Positions 9,039 through 18,452 of a stretch of DNA of 38,946 nt are shown one piece after another (within the stretch, counting starts at the first letter, position 1; each line of letters begins with the position of its first letter). The notes below the pieces were generated by a model that was not told the origin of the DNA, made no database searches, and saw only the letters and a list, made by a program, of their open reading frames with translations. A program made the translations under genes and the position numbers. The DNA is taken from sequence record SRR31156797_3141; one strand, 5' to 3'.

Positions 9039-9639
9039 TTTTAATGGTTATTAGGTCATTTAAATATTGATAACTCAAAATTTCTGGTTCATCAAAAAGA
9101 TCATCGCGTAGGGAGACCAACAGGTTTTTATACAATCTGCCATAGTCCTCGATTTCTTTATCGTCAAGCAAATGGGTCCCGTGCACAACAAAAGGTGGGT
9201 AATACTCCATTTTGCAGAGTCTCACAGTTCGCTCAAAAGGAGCCAGCATTTGGTTTATAGTGTAACCTGCGCCGCCTTCAGGTTGATAACGATCCCTACG
9301 GCCACCGGCTGTTAGCACATTAAACATCTTTTTGCCAACCAGCGCATTTCCTTTACGGCCGTATGCCCAGTTATGCTGCAACACCAGGTCGATCCATTCC
9401 TTGATAATGGCTGGTGAACTATACCAGTAAAACGGGTGCTGCCAGATGATGATGTCATGTTCAGACATCAACTCCTGCTCACGCTTAACGTTGATGTGGA
9501 AATCAGGATAGGTATCATACAAATTATGAATTTTCACACCCTCAACCTCTGTGATATGTTTCAACAGGGTTTTATTACTCCTTGACTTGTGCAAGGTTGG
9601 GTGGGCAAACAGAACCAGAATTTTCTTTTGATTTTTCAC
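9031..9639 (-). CDS. kefG: Kef ancillary NAD(P)H oxidoreductase (KefG/KefF, flavodoxin-2 fold)
   Basis: LVLFAHP...S, LYDTYPDFHINVKREQ, QHPFYWYSSPAIIKEWID; overlaps the kefB start by 8 nt; GTG start. Confidence 0.9.
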   Translation of the reverse strand: MKNQKKILVLFAHPTLHKSRSNKTLLKHITEVEGVKIHNLYDTYPDFHINVKREQELMSEHDIIIWQHPFYWYSSPAIIKEWIDLVLQHNWAYGRKGNALVGKKMFNVLTAGGRRDRYQPEGGAGYTINQMLAPFERTVRLCKMEYYPPFVVHGTHLLDDKEIEDYGRLYKNLLVSLRDDLFDEPEILSYQYLNDLITIKNA

Positions 9640-9789
9640 GATAACCCAAGTGTAAATCGTGGAAAATTGTTCAAAACCAAAATGAGCTCTTCAGGTTGAT
9701 TTGCTGAGCAGGAAAACTGAGAACCTCATAAAAGACGCCTGAAAAACGTATTGTAATCAAAAAAATACGTCTAAAATTTTTATTTCACA

Positions 9790-9821
9790 AAAAAAGCCAC
9801 TCTTTGCGGAGTGGCTTTTTT
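9790..9821. terminator. Bidirectional Rho-independent terminator downstream of tdh
   Basis: aaaaaagccactc-tttgcg-gagtggctttttt. Confidence 0.85.
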
Positions 9822-9828
9822 CTTATTA

Positions 9829-9874
9829 AGTCACGGGGTGAATTCTTCGCGAACGAAGAATTCACCCCGTGACT
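9829..9874. repeat. Perfect 21-bp inverted repeat with a 4-nt loop
   Basis: agtcacggggtgaattcttcg-cgaa-cgaagaattcaccccgtgact. Confidence 0.9.
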
Positions 9875-9896
9875 GTTTATCTGAAAGGACGAAAAG

Positions 9897-10859
9897 TTAA
9901 ACCAATCCCTTCTCGTGTTTTTCTTTGATCACTTTGAGCATATCCTGTGTCATGCGGTCGAGGTCCCATTTGGGATCCCAGCCCCATTCTTCGCGGGCGG
10001 CGGTGTCGTCCATTTTGTTGGGCCACGATTCGGCGATGCCTTGTTTCACAGTATCCACATCATAATCCATCTGGAAATCAGGCACGTATTTCTTCACGGC
10101 ATTATAGATGATCTCCGGATCGAAACTCATGGCTGTAATGTTGAAACAGTTGCGGTGCTTCAGTTTATCCGGATCTGCTTCCATCAGGTCGATGGCCGCA
10201 TCCAGAGCATCAGGCATATACATCATATCCAGGAAAGTGCCTTTTGGCAGCGGGCAGGTAAATTTGCCTTTTTTGATGGCATCGTAATAAATTTCCACAG
10301 CATAGTCAGTGGTACCTCCACCCGGGAGTGTCAGGTTTGAAATAATTCCGGGATAGCGCACACCACGCGTATCCACACCAAAACGCTTGTAATAATAATC
10401 GCTCAATAATTCACCTGATACCTTGGTAACTCCATACATTGTTCCGGGGCGCTGGATGGTATCCTGAGGGGTGTTGTCAAGCGGGGTGCTTAAACCGAAA
10501 GCACCAATTGAACTGGGGAAAAACACTGCGCAATTGTGTTCGCGGGCAATTTCAAGTACATTGTAAACGCCGTTAACGCCAACATTCCATGCAGCCTGTG
10601 GATTTTTCTCGGCCACTGCCGAAAGCAAAGCAGCCAGGTTGTAGATGGTGTCGATCTTATATTTTTTCACCACTTCATTGATACGTTCAACGTCAGTTGC
10701 ATCAACGATTTCCAGCGGACCGCTTTCAGCAAGTTCCTGTGATGGTTTGGTTTTGCGATAACCAGCCACAACATGATCGTTTCCGTACCTATTGCGCAAT
10801 TCCATGGTCAATTCCGAACCAATTTGTCCAACCGACCCAATAACAAGAATATTTTTCAT
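9897..10859 (-). CDS. tdh: L-threonine 3-dehydrogenase (SDR/epimerase-like type)
   Basis: GSVGQIG, LAALLSAVAE, PSSIGAFG, YGVTK, PGGGTTDYAV, MMYMPDA, IAESWP; divergent from kbl. Confidence 0.92.
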   Translation of the reverse strand: MKNILVIGSVGQIGSELTMELRNRYGNDHVVAGYRKTKPSQELAESGPLEIVDATDVERINEVVKKYKIDTIYNLAALLSAVAEKNPQAAWNVGVNGVYNVLEIAREHNCAVFFPSSIGAFGLSTPLDNTPQDTIQRPGTMYGVTKVSGELLSDYYYKRFGVDTRGVRYPGIISNLTLPGGGTTDYAVEIYYDAIKKGKFTCPLPKGTFLDMMYMPDALDAAIDLMEADPDKLKHRNCFNITAMSFDPEIIYNAVKKYVPDFQMDYDVDTVKQGIAESWPNKMDDTAAREEWGWDPKWDLDRMTQDMLKVIKEKHEKGLV

Positions 10860-10908
10860 TTTCGTGTAAGATTTTATATAATTGTGAAACTTTTAACAGT
10901 AATGCGGG

Positions 10909-10998
10909 CAAAAATATAATTTTTTCGATAACAGCTATTTAATGTAAGAAAATTACAAATTCCGTCCCTCTTTTTAAAAAACAATTCAACTATATTTG
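10909..10998. promoter_or_regulatory. Back-to-back Bacteroidota housekeeping promoters for tdh and kbl
   Basis: TAnnTTTG -7 elements: TATTTTTG on minus (10909-10916) and TATATTTG on plus (10991-10998). Confidence 0.65.
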
Positions 10999-11052
10999 CC
11001 AGCTGTTATTTGATAAACAAACACATTTCACACAATACAAAAATCAACGATT

Positions 11053-12246
11053 ATGTACGGAAAAATCAAAGAGCATTTACAACAGGAACTTGCAAACATT
11101 AAGGATGCCGGGCTTTACAAAGATGAAAGGATTATAAACTCACCTCAGGGTGCGGAAATCAGCTTGACCACCGGACAAAATGTTTTAAACTTTTGTGCCA
11201 ACAATTACTTAGGATTATCAAATCACCCGGCTTTGGTTGAAGCTGCAAAGGAAGCCCTTGATGATCGTGGCTTTGGAATGTCATCCGTTCGTTTTATCTG
11301 CGGAGCACAGGATATCCACAAAACCCTGGAAGCTAAGATCGCCGAATATTTCGGTACTGAAGACACCATTCTTTACGCTGCATGTTTTGACGCCAATGGC
11401 GGTGTTTTTGAGCCCATCCTTACTGCTGAAGATGCTATCATCTCCGACTCGCTAAACCATGCTTCAATTATCGACGGCGTGCGTCTTTGCAAAGCCCAGC
11501 GTTTCCGCTATCAGAACGCGGATATGGAAGATCTGGAAGCCAAGCTTAAAGAAGCCAGCGAAAGTGCACGTTTCAAAATCATCGTTACCGACGGTGTGTT
11601 CTCGATGGATGGAAATGTGGCACCTATGGATAAAATCGTAGCACTGGCTGAAAAATATGATGCCATGATCATGGTTGACGAATGCCACTCTGCAGGCGTT
11701 GTTGGTAAAACCGGCCGTGGTGTTACCGAATTGTTTGATGTGCGCGGAAAAGTTGATATCATCACCGGTACACTCGGTAAAGCTTTTGGTGGTGGAATTG
11801 GCGGATTTACTACCGGCCGTAAAGAGATCATCGAAATGCTGCGTCAGCGTTCACGTCCGTATTTGTTCTCAAACTCATTGATTCCCGCTGCAGTTAACGC
11901 CGGTATCAAAATGTTTGATATGATGGCCGAAACCAATGAACTGCAGGACAAGCTTCATGAAAACACCGACTACTTCATGGGAAAAATGAAGGCTGCGGGT
12001 TTCGATATCAAGCCATCAAAGTCTGCTATTTGTGCAGTAATGCTTTATGATGCAAAACTTTCGCAGGATATGGCTGCCAAATTGCTCGACGAAGGCATTT
12101 ATGTGATTGGGTTCTACTACCCGGTTGTACCAAAGGGCCAGGCTCGTATCCGTGTTCAGCTTTCGGCTGGCCACGAAAGAGCACACCTGGACAAAGCCAT
12201 TACAGCTTTTACAAAAGTTGGAAAAGAATTGGGTGTGATCAAGTAA
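11053..12246 (+). CDS. kbl: 2-amino-3-ketobutyrate CoA ligase (glycine C-acetyltransferase)
   Basis: NFCANNYLGL, SSVRFICG, LNHASIIDG, DGVFSMDG, PLP lysine in GTLGKA, RSRPYLFSN, ARIRVQLSA. Confidence 0.97.
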   Translation: MYGKIKEHLQQELANIKDAGLYKDERIINSPQGAEISLTTGQNVLNFCANNYLGLSNHPALVEAAKEALDDRGFGMSSVRFICGAQDIHKTLEAKIAEYFGTEDTILYAACFDANGGVFEPILTAEDAIISDSLNHASIIDGVRLCKAQRFRYQNADMEDLEAKLKEASESARFKIIVTDGVFSMDGNVAPMDKIVALAEKYDAMIMVDECHSAGVVGKTGRGVTELFDVRGKVDIITGTLGKAFGGGIGGFTTGRKEIIEMLRQRSRPYLFSNSLIPAAVNAGIKMFDMMAETNELQDKLHENTDYFMGKMKAAGFDIKPSKSAICAVMLYDAKLSQDMAAKLLDEGIYVIGFYYPVVPKGQARIRVQLSAGHERAHLDKAITAFTKVGKELGVIK

Positions 12247-12266
12247 GATCAACAACTTCAGATTTA

Positions 12267-12300
12267 TAAAAAAGGGCAGCCGGAAGGCTGCCCTTTTTTA
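12267..12300 (+). terminator. Rho-independent terminator of kbl
   Basis: taaaaaagggcagcc-ggaa-ggctgccctttttta. Confidence 0.9.
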
Positions 12301-12420
12301 TGCACTGATTCTGACAAAACTTTACAACCTGAAATTTTACGATCCTGGCTTTTTTGTCTGAAAGTAACAGCTGGTGTAACCTTTTCGATAATTCCGGGTA
12401 TTCTTATCAAAAGGTGAGGT

Positions 12421-12447
12421 TGTAACAAACCCAGGTTTCAAGCGTCT
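12421..12447 (+). promoter_or_regulatory. ECF sigma-type promoter upstream of the GRAM/PH gene
   Basis: TGTAAC-N16-CGTCT matches the generic ECF AAC...CGT architecture. Confidence 0.5.
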
Positions 12448-12602
12448 CAGTAAATACAGTACAATTAAAGTGTTTGATTTCGGACAGAGGAGGATGATAC
12501 CGGACACTTTTAACAGGCGGTATAATCACAACCTGATGAAAAACAATCCAATAGCTAGTTTGGCATTGTTTCTGAAAAGTATTAACCATAATCAACAATG
12601 AT

Positions 12603-12914
12603 ATGAAAATTGACCTGAAAGCTAACGAAATGGTAGTTAAAGCAACAGACAGCAACCTGTTACTCGACACCACCCAACAAATTGCCGGGAAGTTGATCAT
12701 TACAAACCAGCGGGTATATTTTAAAGGGACCAACGGAAATGCAGGCAAGCATGACCTCGAAATAGAGCCCAATTCAATCCGTGATGTATTGTATTTTAAC
12801 CAGGGCATTTTTTCGCGTAATGGATTAAACCTGGTAACTGACGAAGGCAACGAACTGAGATTTACCTTAAAGCAGCGCAGCAAATTCGGCGAGATGATTG
12901 CCGGAATGTGCTGA
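12603..12914 (+). CDS. Small GRAM/PH-like domain protein
   Basis: 103 aa with the GKLIITNQRVYF strand pair typical of GRAM/bacterial PH folds; has its own terminator. Confidence 0.7.
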   Translation: MKIDLKANEMVVKATDSNLLLDTTQQIAGKLIITNQRVYFKGTNGNAGKHDLEIEPNSIRDVLYFNQGIFSRNGLNLVTDEGNELRFTLKQRSKFGEMIAGMC

Positions 12915-12958
12915 TCCAACCTATAAACCATACCAGATATTTTTATGTAGATGTGCTA

Positions 12959-12985
12959 AAAAGCCCCGATTTTTTCGGGGCTTTT
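12959..12985 (+). terminator. Rho-independent terminator
   Basis: aaaagccccga-ttttt-tcggggctttt. Confidence 0.85.
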
Positions 12986-13127
12986 GTTTTTGTGCTTGTT
13001 TGAATCCCAGACTGGTAAGACACATGGGTAAAAAAGTATTTTAGAATCATTAGAAATTAGATTGAAAACTTTTTTGGAAAAAGCAAAAAGTATTATCTTT
13101 GCACTCCGTTTTTACGGAAAGTTCTTT

Positions 13128-13198
13128 TGCCCGATGGTGTAATGGCAGCACAACAGGTTTTGGTCCTGTCGGTCAAGGTTCGAGTCCTTGTCGGGTAA
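13128..13198 (+). tRNA. trnQ: tRNA-Gln (anticodon TTG)
   Basis: Acceptor stem TGCCCGA/TCGGGTA, D-arm GGTGTAATGGCAGCAC, anticodon arm ACAGG-TTTTGGT-CCTGT, T-arm CAAGG-TTCGAGT-CCTTG. TATCTTTG promoter at 13094-13101; no encoded CCA. Confidence 0.97.
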
Positions 13199-13211
13199 CA
13201 GATTCAAAATG

Positions 13212-13245
13212 AAAGCCCTGGATCAGTTTTGGTTCAGGGTTTTTT
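13212..13245 (+). terminator. Terminator after tRNA-Gln
   Basis: aaagccctggatca-gttt-tggttcagggtttttt, with G-U pairs. Confidence 0.7.
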
Positions 13246-13369
13246 CATTTTGTGGCAATGGCACAGGCATTACAGATTGCCTTTTTGATCTTCCGGTTGG
13301 AATAATTCTTCATCGTTATAAATGTGTATCTGAATCCAATTGTGTACCTTAGCAGTAAATAATGCTGCC

Positions 13370-16303
13370 ATGAAACGGATACTGCTAATCACCCTTACCA
13401 TCATTTCACCCATACTGCTTTTTGCAGATGAAATAACCAAAACGTACCACTTTTCCGATCCTCAAATAGAGCAGGTTGGTGATTATCAAACCATTCAATT
13501 TAGAAATTGCCTGCTCACTTCCCCTGCAGGCCATCCACTCATGCCCTATCAGTCGGTGGCCCTGTTGCTGCCTCCGGGGCATGTTGCTGCAGATGTGGAA
13601 TTGGTTATGGAAGATGAAATTCAACTGAAAGGCAATTTTTCCATTTTTCCCCGTCAGCATGCTCAGCCGCTCTCCAAAGGTGGTTCAGGAATTTTTGTGA
13701 AAGAGAAATCCGTTTATCAAAAAGATGCCAATTACCCCGAAAAATCCTATGGTGAATTCGACACCGAATACCTGAATGGCTTTTCCATTGCACTATGCAG
13801 CTTCACACCCTTGAAGTACAATCCTTTTACAGGAAGAATCTCGTGGTATAAAACTGTGACTATAAAAATCACAACAGAACCAAACCACATTGCTGAAGAT
13901 GCGCTTCAAAACCTGGATCGGTCAAAAACAAATCCGAAAAAAATAAATAAACTCGTGCAAAACCCTGTTGCTGTAAAATCATATCCGGCCACTGCTTCCC
14001 GATCATATTCCTATGACCTGCTTTACATTACTCCGGAAAATTATGCAAATGATCTTCAGCCACTGGTTGATTTTTATTTTCCGCGTGGGTTGATCGCGAA
14101 GGTTGCATCTACCGAAGATATTTATTCAAATATGCCAGGGCAGGATAATCCCGAAAAAATCAGGAATTATATCATCCAGGAATACCAGGATCACGGCATT
14201 GCACATGTTACCCTTTGCGGGGATATAGAGCACATTCCGTATCGCGGATTTTATTGTGGGGTGCAATCGTCCTCATGGTACGAAGATTCAAATATTCCAT
14301 CAGACCTTTATTATGCTGCTTTGGATGGAAACTGGAATGATGATGGCGATAATCTTTGGGGTGAGATTGGCGAAGATGACCTGCTGCCCGAAATCGGGAT
14401 CGGGCGTATGAGTTTTTCCACACAGGCCGAGTTGGATGCCATGATCAACAAAACCATACAATATCAGCAAAGTCCAGTTGCCGGAGAAATGGAAAATCCG
14501 TTGTTGGTGGGAGAATTTTTGTATGACGATCCGCTGACCTATGGCTCTGATTACCTGGAACTGCTCATCGGTTTTCATGATGACAACGGATATGAAACCA
14601 CAGGTATTCCGGAATCGCAAAATACCGAAAAGTTATATGCCAGCGATGCTGCATGGAGTAAGTCTGATCTTATGACGCTCATGAACCAGGGTGGGTCATT
14701 TATTCATCACGTTGGACATGCCAATTCCTCTTATACCATGAAATTTTCGAACAGTGACATATCAAACTCGAATTTCACAGGCCTGAATGGCGTAGACCAT
14801 AATTTTGCGATTATTTATTCTCATGGTTGTGTTTGCGGGGCATTCGACAACAACGATTGTATTGCTGAAAAAATGACGAGCATCGATAACCTGGCAGTGG
14901 CTGTTTTTATGAATTCCCGCTATGGTTGGTTCAACGAAGGCCAAACCGAAGGTCCGGCTGCACATATCAACCGTGAACTTACGGATGCCTTTTATGATAA
15001 GCAAGAGACACGTCTTGGTGCAGCCTATTCACTTGCCCGCATTTCTACTGCACCCTGGGTGAATGCGCCCGGGCAATGGGAAGAGGGTGCCTTGCGCTGG
15101 AACTTTTATGATTGTAACCTACTGGGTGATGCAGCCCTCAGTTTCTGGACCGGTGAACCGGTTTCTGTTACCGCTACTTTTGAAGATACTATCCAAACAG
15201 GAACACCGTCCTTTCAGGTTCAATTACAAGGTGAAAACGATTTGGAAGGATTGACCTGCCACCTTGTTCAGGGCGATACGCTTACTTGTGGCATTGCCCA
15301 TACTGATGAAACCGGCCTTGCAGAAATAGTATTTGGAAGTCCGCTGGCTGATACCGGAACGCTAATGCTATGCATCTCCGGGAAAAATTATAAGCTTTCG
15401 GAATTTGCTGTATCGGTAATTTCAGGGCCAGCTACCTTTTTTGAGCCGGTATGGACAACACCTTTCAACCCCATGGCCATTTTTGTAACGGAGGCCATGA
15501 TCGATGAAACGGCTATGCAACCCGGCGACGAAATTGGTGTTTTTGATATTGATCCGAATAGCGGTATTGAAATTTGTGTAGGGGTGGGCGTACTTTCGGA
15601 AGAGTTAACGGGTGGAGATTTTCTTGAGATTACAGCATCAATGGATGACGGTTCAGGCACCGGATCGGCAACGGGTTTTACGGCCGGAAATGAAATGCAC
15701 TTTAAACTTTATAAATCTGCCACAGGCCAGATTGCCGAAGGTATTCCTGAATTTCCCTTTCCCGGATACGATGAGGTTTTTACGGCGCTCGGCAATGCGA
15801 TTGTTAATCTTTCCGGTACGCTCTCAGTACAGCACATTTTAACGATGGATGCCGGGTGGTCCGGCATTTCTTCATGGGTAGTACCCTACAACACATCAAT
15901 TAATGACCTGCTTTCCGGAATATCAGAACAGGTTGTGATTATCAGCGACAATAATGCCTTTTATCAACCCGGAACGGGCACAGGCACCCTTGATAGCTGG
16001 GATTACCAGTCGGGGTATTTGATCAAGCTCACCGGTCAGGCAGCTATAACCTTTGATGGTGAAGAGCCATTACAAAAGACAATCCAACTCAGCGAGGGCT
16101 GGAACCTGATCCCTGTTTTAAGTGAATCGAATGTTTTGCTGGAAGAGGTATTCAGCGGCAACCTCGACAAAATTGTGGTTGTGAAGGATGCAGTTGGAAT
16201 AAATTCCTTCTGGCCCGGGCAAAACATCACTACATTGCAGATATTACAGTCAGGAAAAGCTTACCTTGTGAAGGCCAGCTCCGGCTTTACGATCACTTTC
16301 TGA
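13370..16303 (+). CDS. Peptidase C25 (gingipain family) with propeptide and C-terminal beta-rich modules
   Basis: Signal peptide MKRILLITLTIISPILLFA (ATG 13370); C25 motifs LCGDIEHIP, SDLYYA, PEIGIGR; candidate catalytic His in VGHAN and Cys in SHGC; LLGDA. Confidence 0.88.
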   Translation: MKRILLITLTIISPILLFADEITKTYHFSDPQIEQVGDYQTIQFRNCLLTSPAGHPLMPYQSVALLLPPGHVAADVELVMEDEIQLKGNFSIFPRQHAQPLSKGGSGIFVKEKSVYQKDANYPEKSYGEFDTEYLNGFSIALCSFTPLKYNPFTGRISWYKTVTIKITTEPNHIAEDALQNLDRSKTNPKKINKLVQNPVAVKSYPATASRSYSYDLLYITPENYANDLQPLVDFYFPRGLIAKVASTEDIYSNMPGQDNPEKIRNYIIQEYQDHGIAHVTLCGDIEHIPYRGFYCGVQSSSWYEDSNIPSDLYYAALDGNWNDDGDNLWGEIGEDDLLPEIGIGRMSFSTQAELDAMINKTIQYQQSPVAGEMENPLLVGEFLYDDPLTYGSDYLELLIGFHDDNGYETTGIPESQNTEKLYASDAAWSKSDLMTLMNQGGSFIHHVGHANSSYTMKFSNSDISNSNFTGLNGVDHNFAIIYSHGCVCGAFDNNDCIAEKMTSIDNLAVAVFMNSRYGWFNEGQTEGPAAHINRELTDAFYDKQETRLGAAYSLARISTAPWVNAPGQWEEGALRWNFYDCNLLGDAALSFWTGEPVSVTATFEDTIQTGTPSFQVQLQGENDLEGLTCHLVQGDTLTCGIAHTDETGLAEIVFGSPLADTGTLMLCISGKNYKLSEFAVSVISGPATFFEPVWTTPFNPMAIFVTEAMIDETAMQPGDEIGVFDIDPNSGIEICVGVGVLSEELTGGDFLEITASMDDGSGTGSATGFTAGNEMHFKLYKSATGQIAEGIPEFPFPGYDEVFTALGNAIVNLSGTLSVQHILTMDAGWSGISSWVVPYNTSINDLLSGISEQVVIISDNNAFYQPGTGTGTLDSWDYQSGYLIKLTGQAAITFDGEEPLQKTIQLSEGWNLIPVLSESNVLLEEVFSGNLDKIVVVKDAVGINSFWPGQNITTLQILQSGKAYLVKASSGFTITF

Positions 16304-16443
16304 TTTGAATAAAAAGCAGAAGAAATATCTTGCCTTTTGATCAATTCGTTGCGTTGGTTGTTTGATTATATTTGTTGAATTATTTGAACTGGTAGTATCA
16401 GTAAATCAAATGTAATTTTAATCCACAGTATACAAGTCAAGCA

Positions 16444-17523
16444 TTGATCAGGGTTGCACTCATATCAAGGTCCACCATGCATTCCATTATAGGTGGCGAT
16501 ACTATTCAGGTTGTAAAAACGGCAGATGAGTTGAAAAAGATCGGTGTGCAGGCTGAAGTTTTCAGGGCCAGTGATAAAATTGACTACGACCGGTTTGACC
16601 TGCTTCACTTCTTCAACATTATTCGTCCTTCCGATCATCTTTATCATATCAGCAAAAGCAATAAACCCTACGTAGTTAGCACCATTTATTTGGAGTACAG
16701 CGGGTTTGATAAATATGGCCGCGACAAGCGACACCGCATATTTTTTGGAATGCTAAACGACTCTGTTTCCGAATATGTGAAAAACCTTTTCAGGTTTTAT
16801 AAGAAACAGGATAAAATGATCAGCGCAGAATATCTTTGGGGTCACAAACGTGCCATCAAAAAAATCCTCAACAATGCCTCGGCTATCCTGCCTAATTCTT
16901 TATCTGAAGGAAACAGGATCGTGAAGGATTTTGGTTTCCGTGGAGAAATAGTTGTTGTGCCAAACGGAGTTGACCTGGATATTTTTAATAGCATTCCCGG
17001 TGGAATTGAAAGACGACAACAAGTAATATGTGTGGCGCAGGTATTTGGTATGAAAAATCAGCATGCAGTAATTGAATCCTGCAAGAAGCTAGGGGTGCCG
17101 GTACAAATCGTTGGAAACCCACCTCCAAATCATACAGGTTATTATGAGTACTGCAAAAAAATTGCTGATAAAAACGTAACCTTTATTTCGTTTTTGCCAC
17201 AGGAAAAACTCATTGAGCATTACGCTGCAGCAAAAGTTCATGCTTTGCCAAGTTGGTTTGAAACTACCGGGTTGAGCTCACTTGAGGCGGCTGCCATGGG
17301 CTGTAACCTGGTTGTGAGTCCCAATGGTGATACCCGTGATTATTTTGAAGGGCATGCCTGGTTTGGTAGCCCGGAAGATCAACCAAGTATCGACAAAGCA
17401 ATTGAAGATGCGTTGAATAGTCCGTCAAATATGAATTTCCGGGAAATTGTTTTGGAAGAATATACCTGGAGAAAAGCCGCCGAAGTTACAAGTCAGGCTT
17501 ATGAAAAAGTCCTAAAAATCTGA
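16444..17523 (+). CDS. Glycosyltransferase family 4
   Basis: N-terminal GGD, VVPNGVD, ETTGLSSLEAAAMG (EX7E), YTW; TATATTTG promoter at 16367-16374; TTG start. Confidence 0.9.
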   Translation: MIRVALISRSTMHSIIGGDTIQVVKTADELKKIGVQAEVFRASDKIDYDRFDLLHFFNIIRPSDHLYHISKSNKPYVVSTIYLEYSGFDKYGRDKRHRIFFGMLNDSVSEYVKNLFRFYKKQDKMISAEYLWGHKRAIKKILNNASAILPNSLSEGNRIVKDFGFRGEIVVVPNGVDLDIFNSIPGGIERRQQVICVAQVFGMKNQHAVIESCKKLGVPVQIVGNPPPNHTGYYEYCKKIADKNVTFISFLPQEKLIEHYAAAKVHALPSWFETTGLSSLEAAAMGCNLVVSPNGDTRDYFEGHAWFGSPEDQPSIDKAIEDALNSPSNMNFREIVLEEYTWRKAAEVTSQAYEKVLKI

Positions 17524-17531
17524 TCCCTCGG

Positions 17532-18452
17532 ATGGAAGTAAAAAATACAATTCGTCAAATTGAGGAAGGATGTGTGCAGTGCCTGCACTATTTTGGGATT
17601 TTTCAATATCCGTTAACTGCGCATGAAATTCACCTTTTTAGTGCTGTCAAATCTTCAAAAAAGGAAATGGACCATGCACTGCAGCATCTTGAGCAAACAG
17701 GCCGAATTTACAAACATCTTGAGTTTTATATGAACAATGATGAACCCGGCTGGGCTGAGGAAAGGAAAGTCGGAAACCTTCGGGCAGCTTTTTGGCTTGA
17801 AAAGGCTGCACCATATGTAAAAGTGATTTCTTCGTTTCCTTTTGTGAGGGGAATTGCCATCAGCGGTTCACTTTCAAAAAACTATGCTTCAGAGGAACCG
17901 GACATCGATTACTTCATTATTACTGACGCCAACAGGCTGTGGATTGCGCGCACATTGCTTCACTTGTTTAAAAAGCTCACTTTTATTACGGGGCATCAGC
18001 ATTATTACTGTATGAATTATTTCATCGATACGGAAGCCCTGGAACTTGAACAGCGAAATCAATATACAGCCATTGAGCTGGTTACATTGTTACCAGCCTA
18101 TAATGCGCCTTTGGTACAGGAGTTATTGAATAAGAATGGTTGGCTTAATGAATTCCTGCCCAATCATCCGGTTCAGTTAAACATGGATTATCTCCTACCG
18201 CAACGCAAACAGTCCGGAAAACGTTTCATCGAAAGCATGTTGAATTTACTTTCTCCTGAAAAACTGAACCGGGCTCTGATGAAAATCACCGACAGGAAAT
18301 GGCGAAAAAAATGGCGCTATGCCGATTATTCGCCTGAGGAATATCACCAGGCTTTACAAACGGAAATTCACATTTCAAAAAACCATCCTGATAACTACGA
18401 GAAATTTGTACTCGACGGGTTGAAGGAATATAACCGCGAAAAAAAATCCTGA
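17532..18452 (+). CDS. Nucleotidyltransferase-fold protein with an N-terminal winged-helix-like region
   Basis: Pol-beta-like signature ISGSLSK...DIDYFII. Confidence 0.75.
   Translation: MEVKNTIRQIEEGCVQCLHYFGIFQYPLTAHEIHLFSAVKSSKKEMDHALQHLEQTGRIYKHLEFYMNNDEPGWAEERKVGNLRAAFWLEKAAPYVKVISSFPFVRGIAISGSLSKNYASEEPDIDYFIITDANRLWIARTLLHLFKKLTFITGHQHYYCMNYFIDTEALELEQRNQYTAIELVTLLPAYNAPLVQELLNKNGWLNEFLPNHPVQLNMDYLLPQRKQSGKRFIESMLNLLSPEKLNRALMKITDRKWRKKWRYADYSPEEYHQALQTEIHISKNHPDNYEKFVLDGLKEYNREKKS

Noticed and set aside
12481-12600. Glycine riboswitch-like start (ggacagaggagga) near kbl
   Set aside because: It lies downstream of kbl and lacks the conserved GGAGA...CCGAAG...CTCTCAGG core.
12407-12931. 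174-aa minus-strand ORF and similar antisense ORFs (for example 2241-2648, 8536-9003, 20965-21414, 30460-30906)
   Set aside because: These are shadows of well-supported genes on the opposite strand and have no motifs of their own.
13128-13198. tRNA-Gln as an island integration site
   Set aside because: I saw no duplicate of the tRNA 3' end and no adjacent integrase. The tRNA has an intact terminator and the downstream composition is unchanged.
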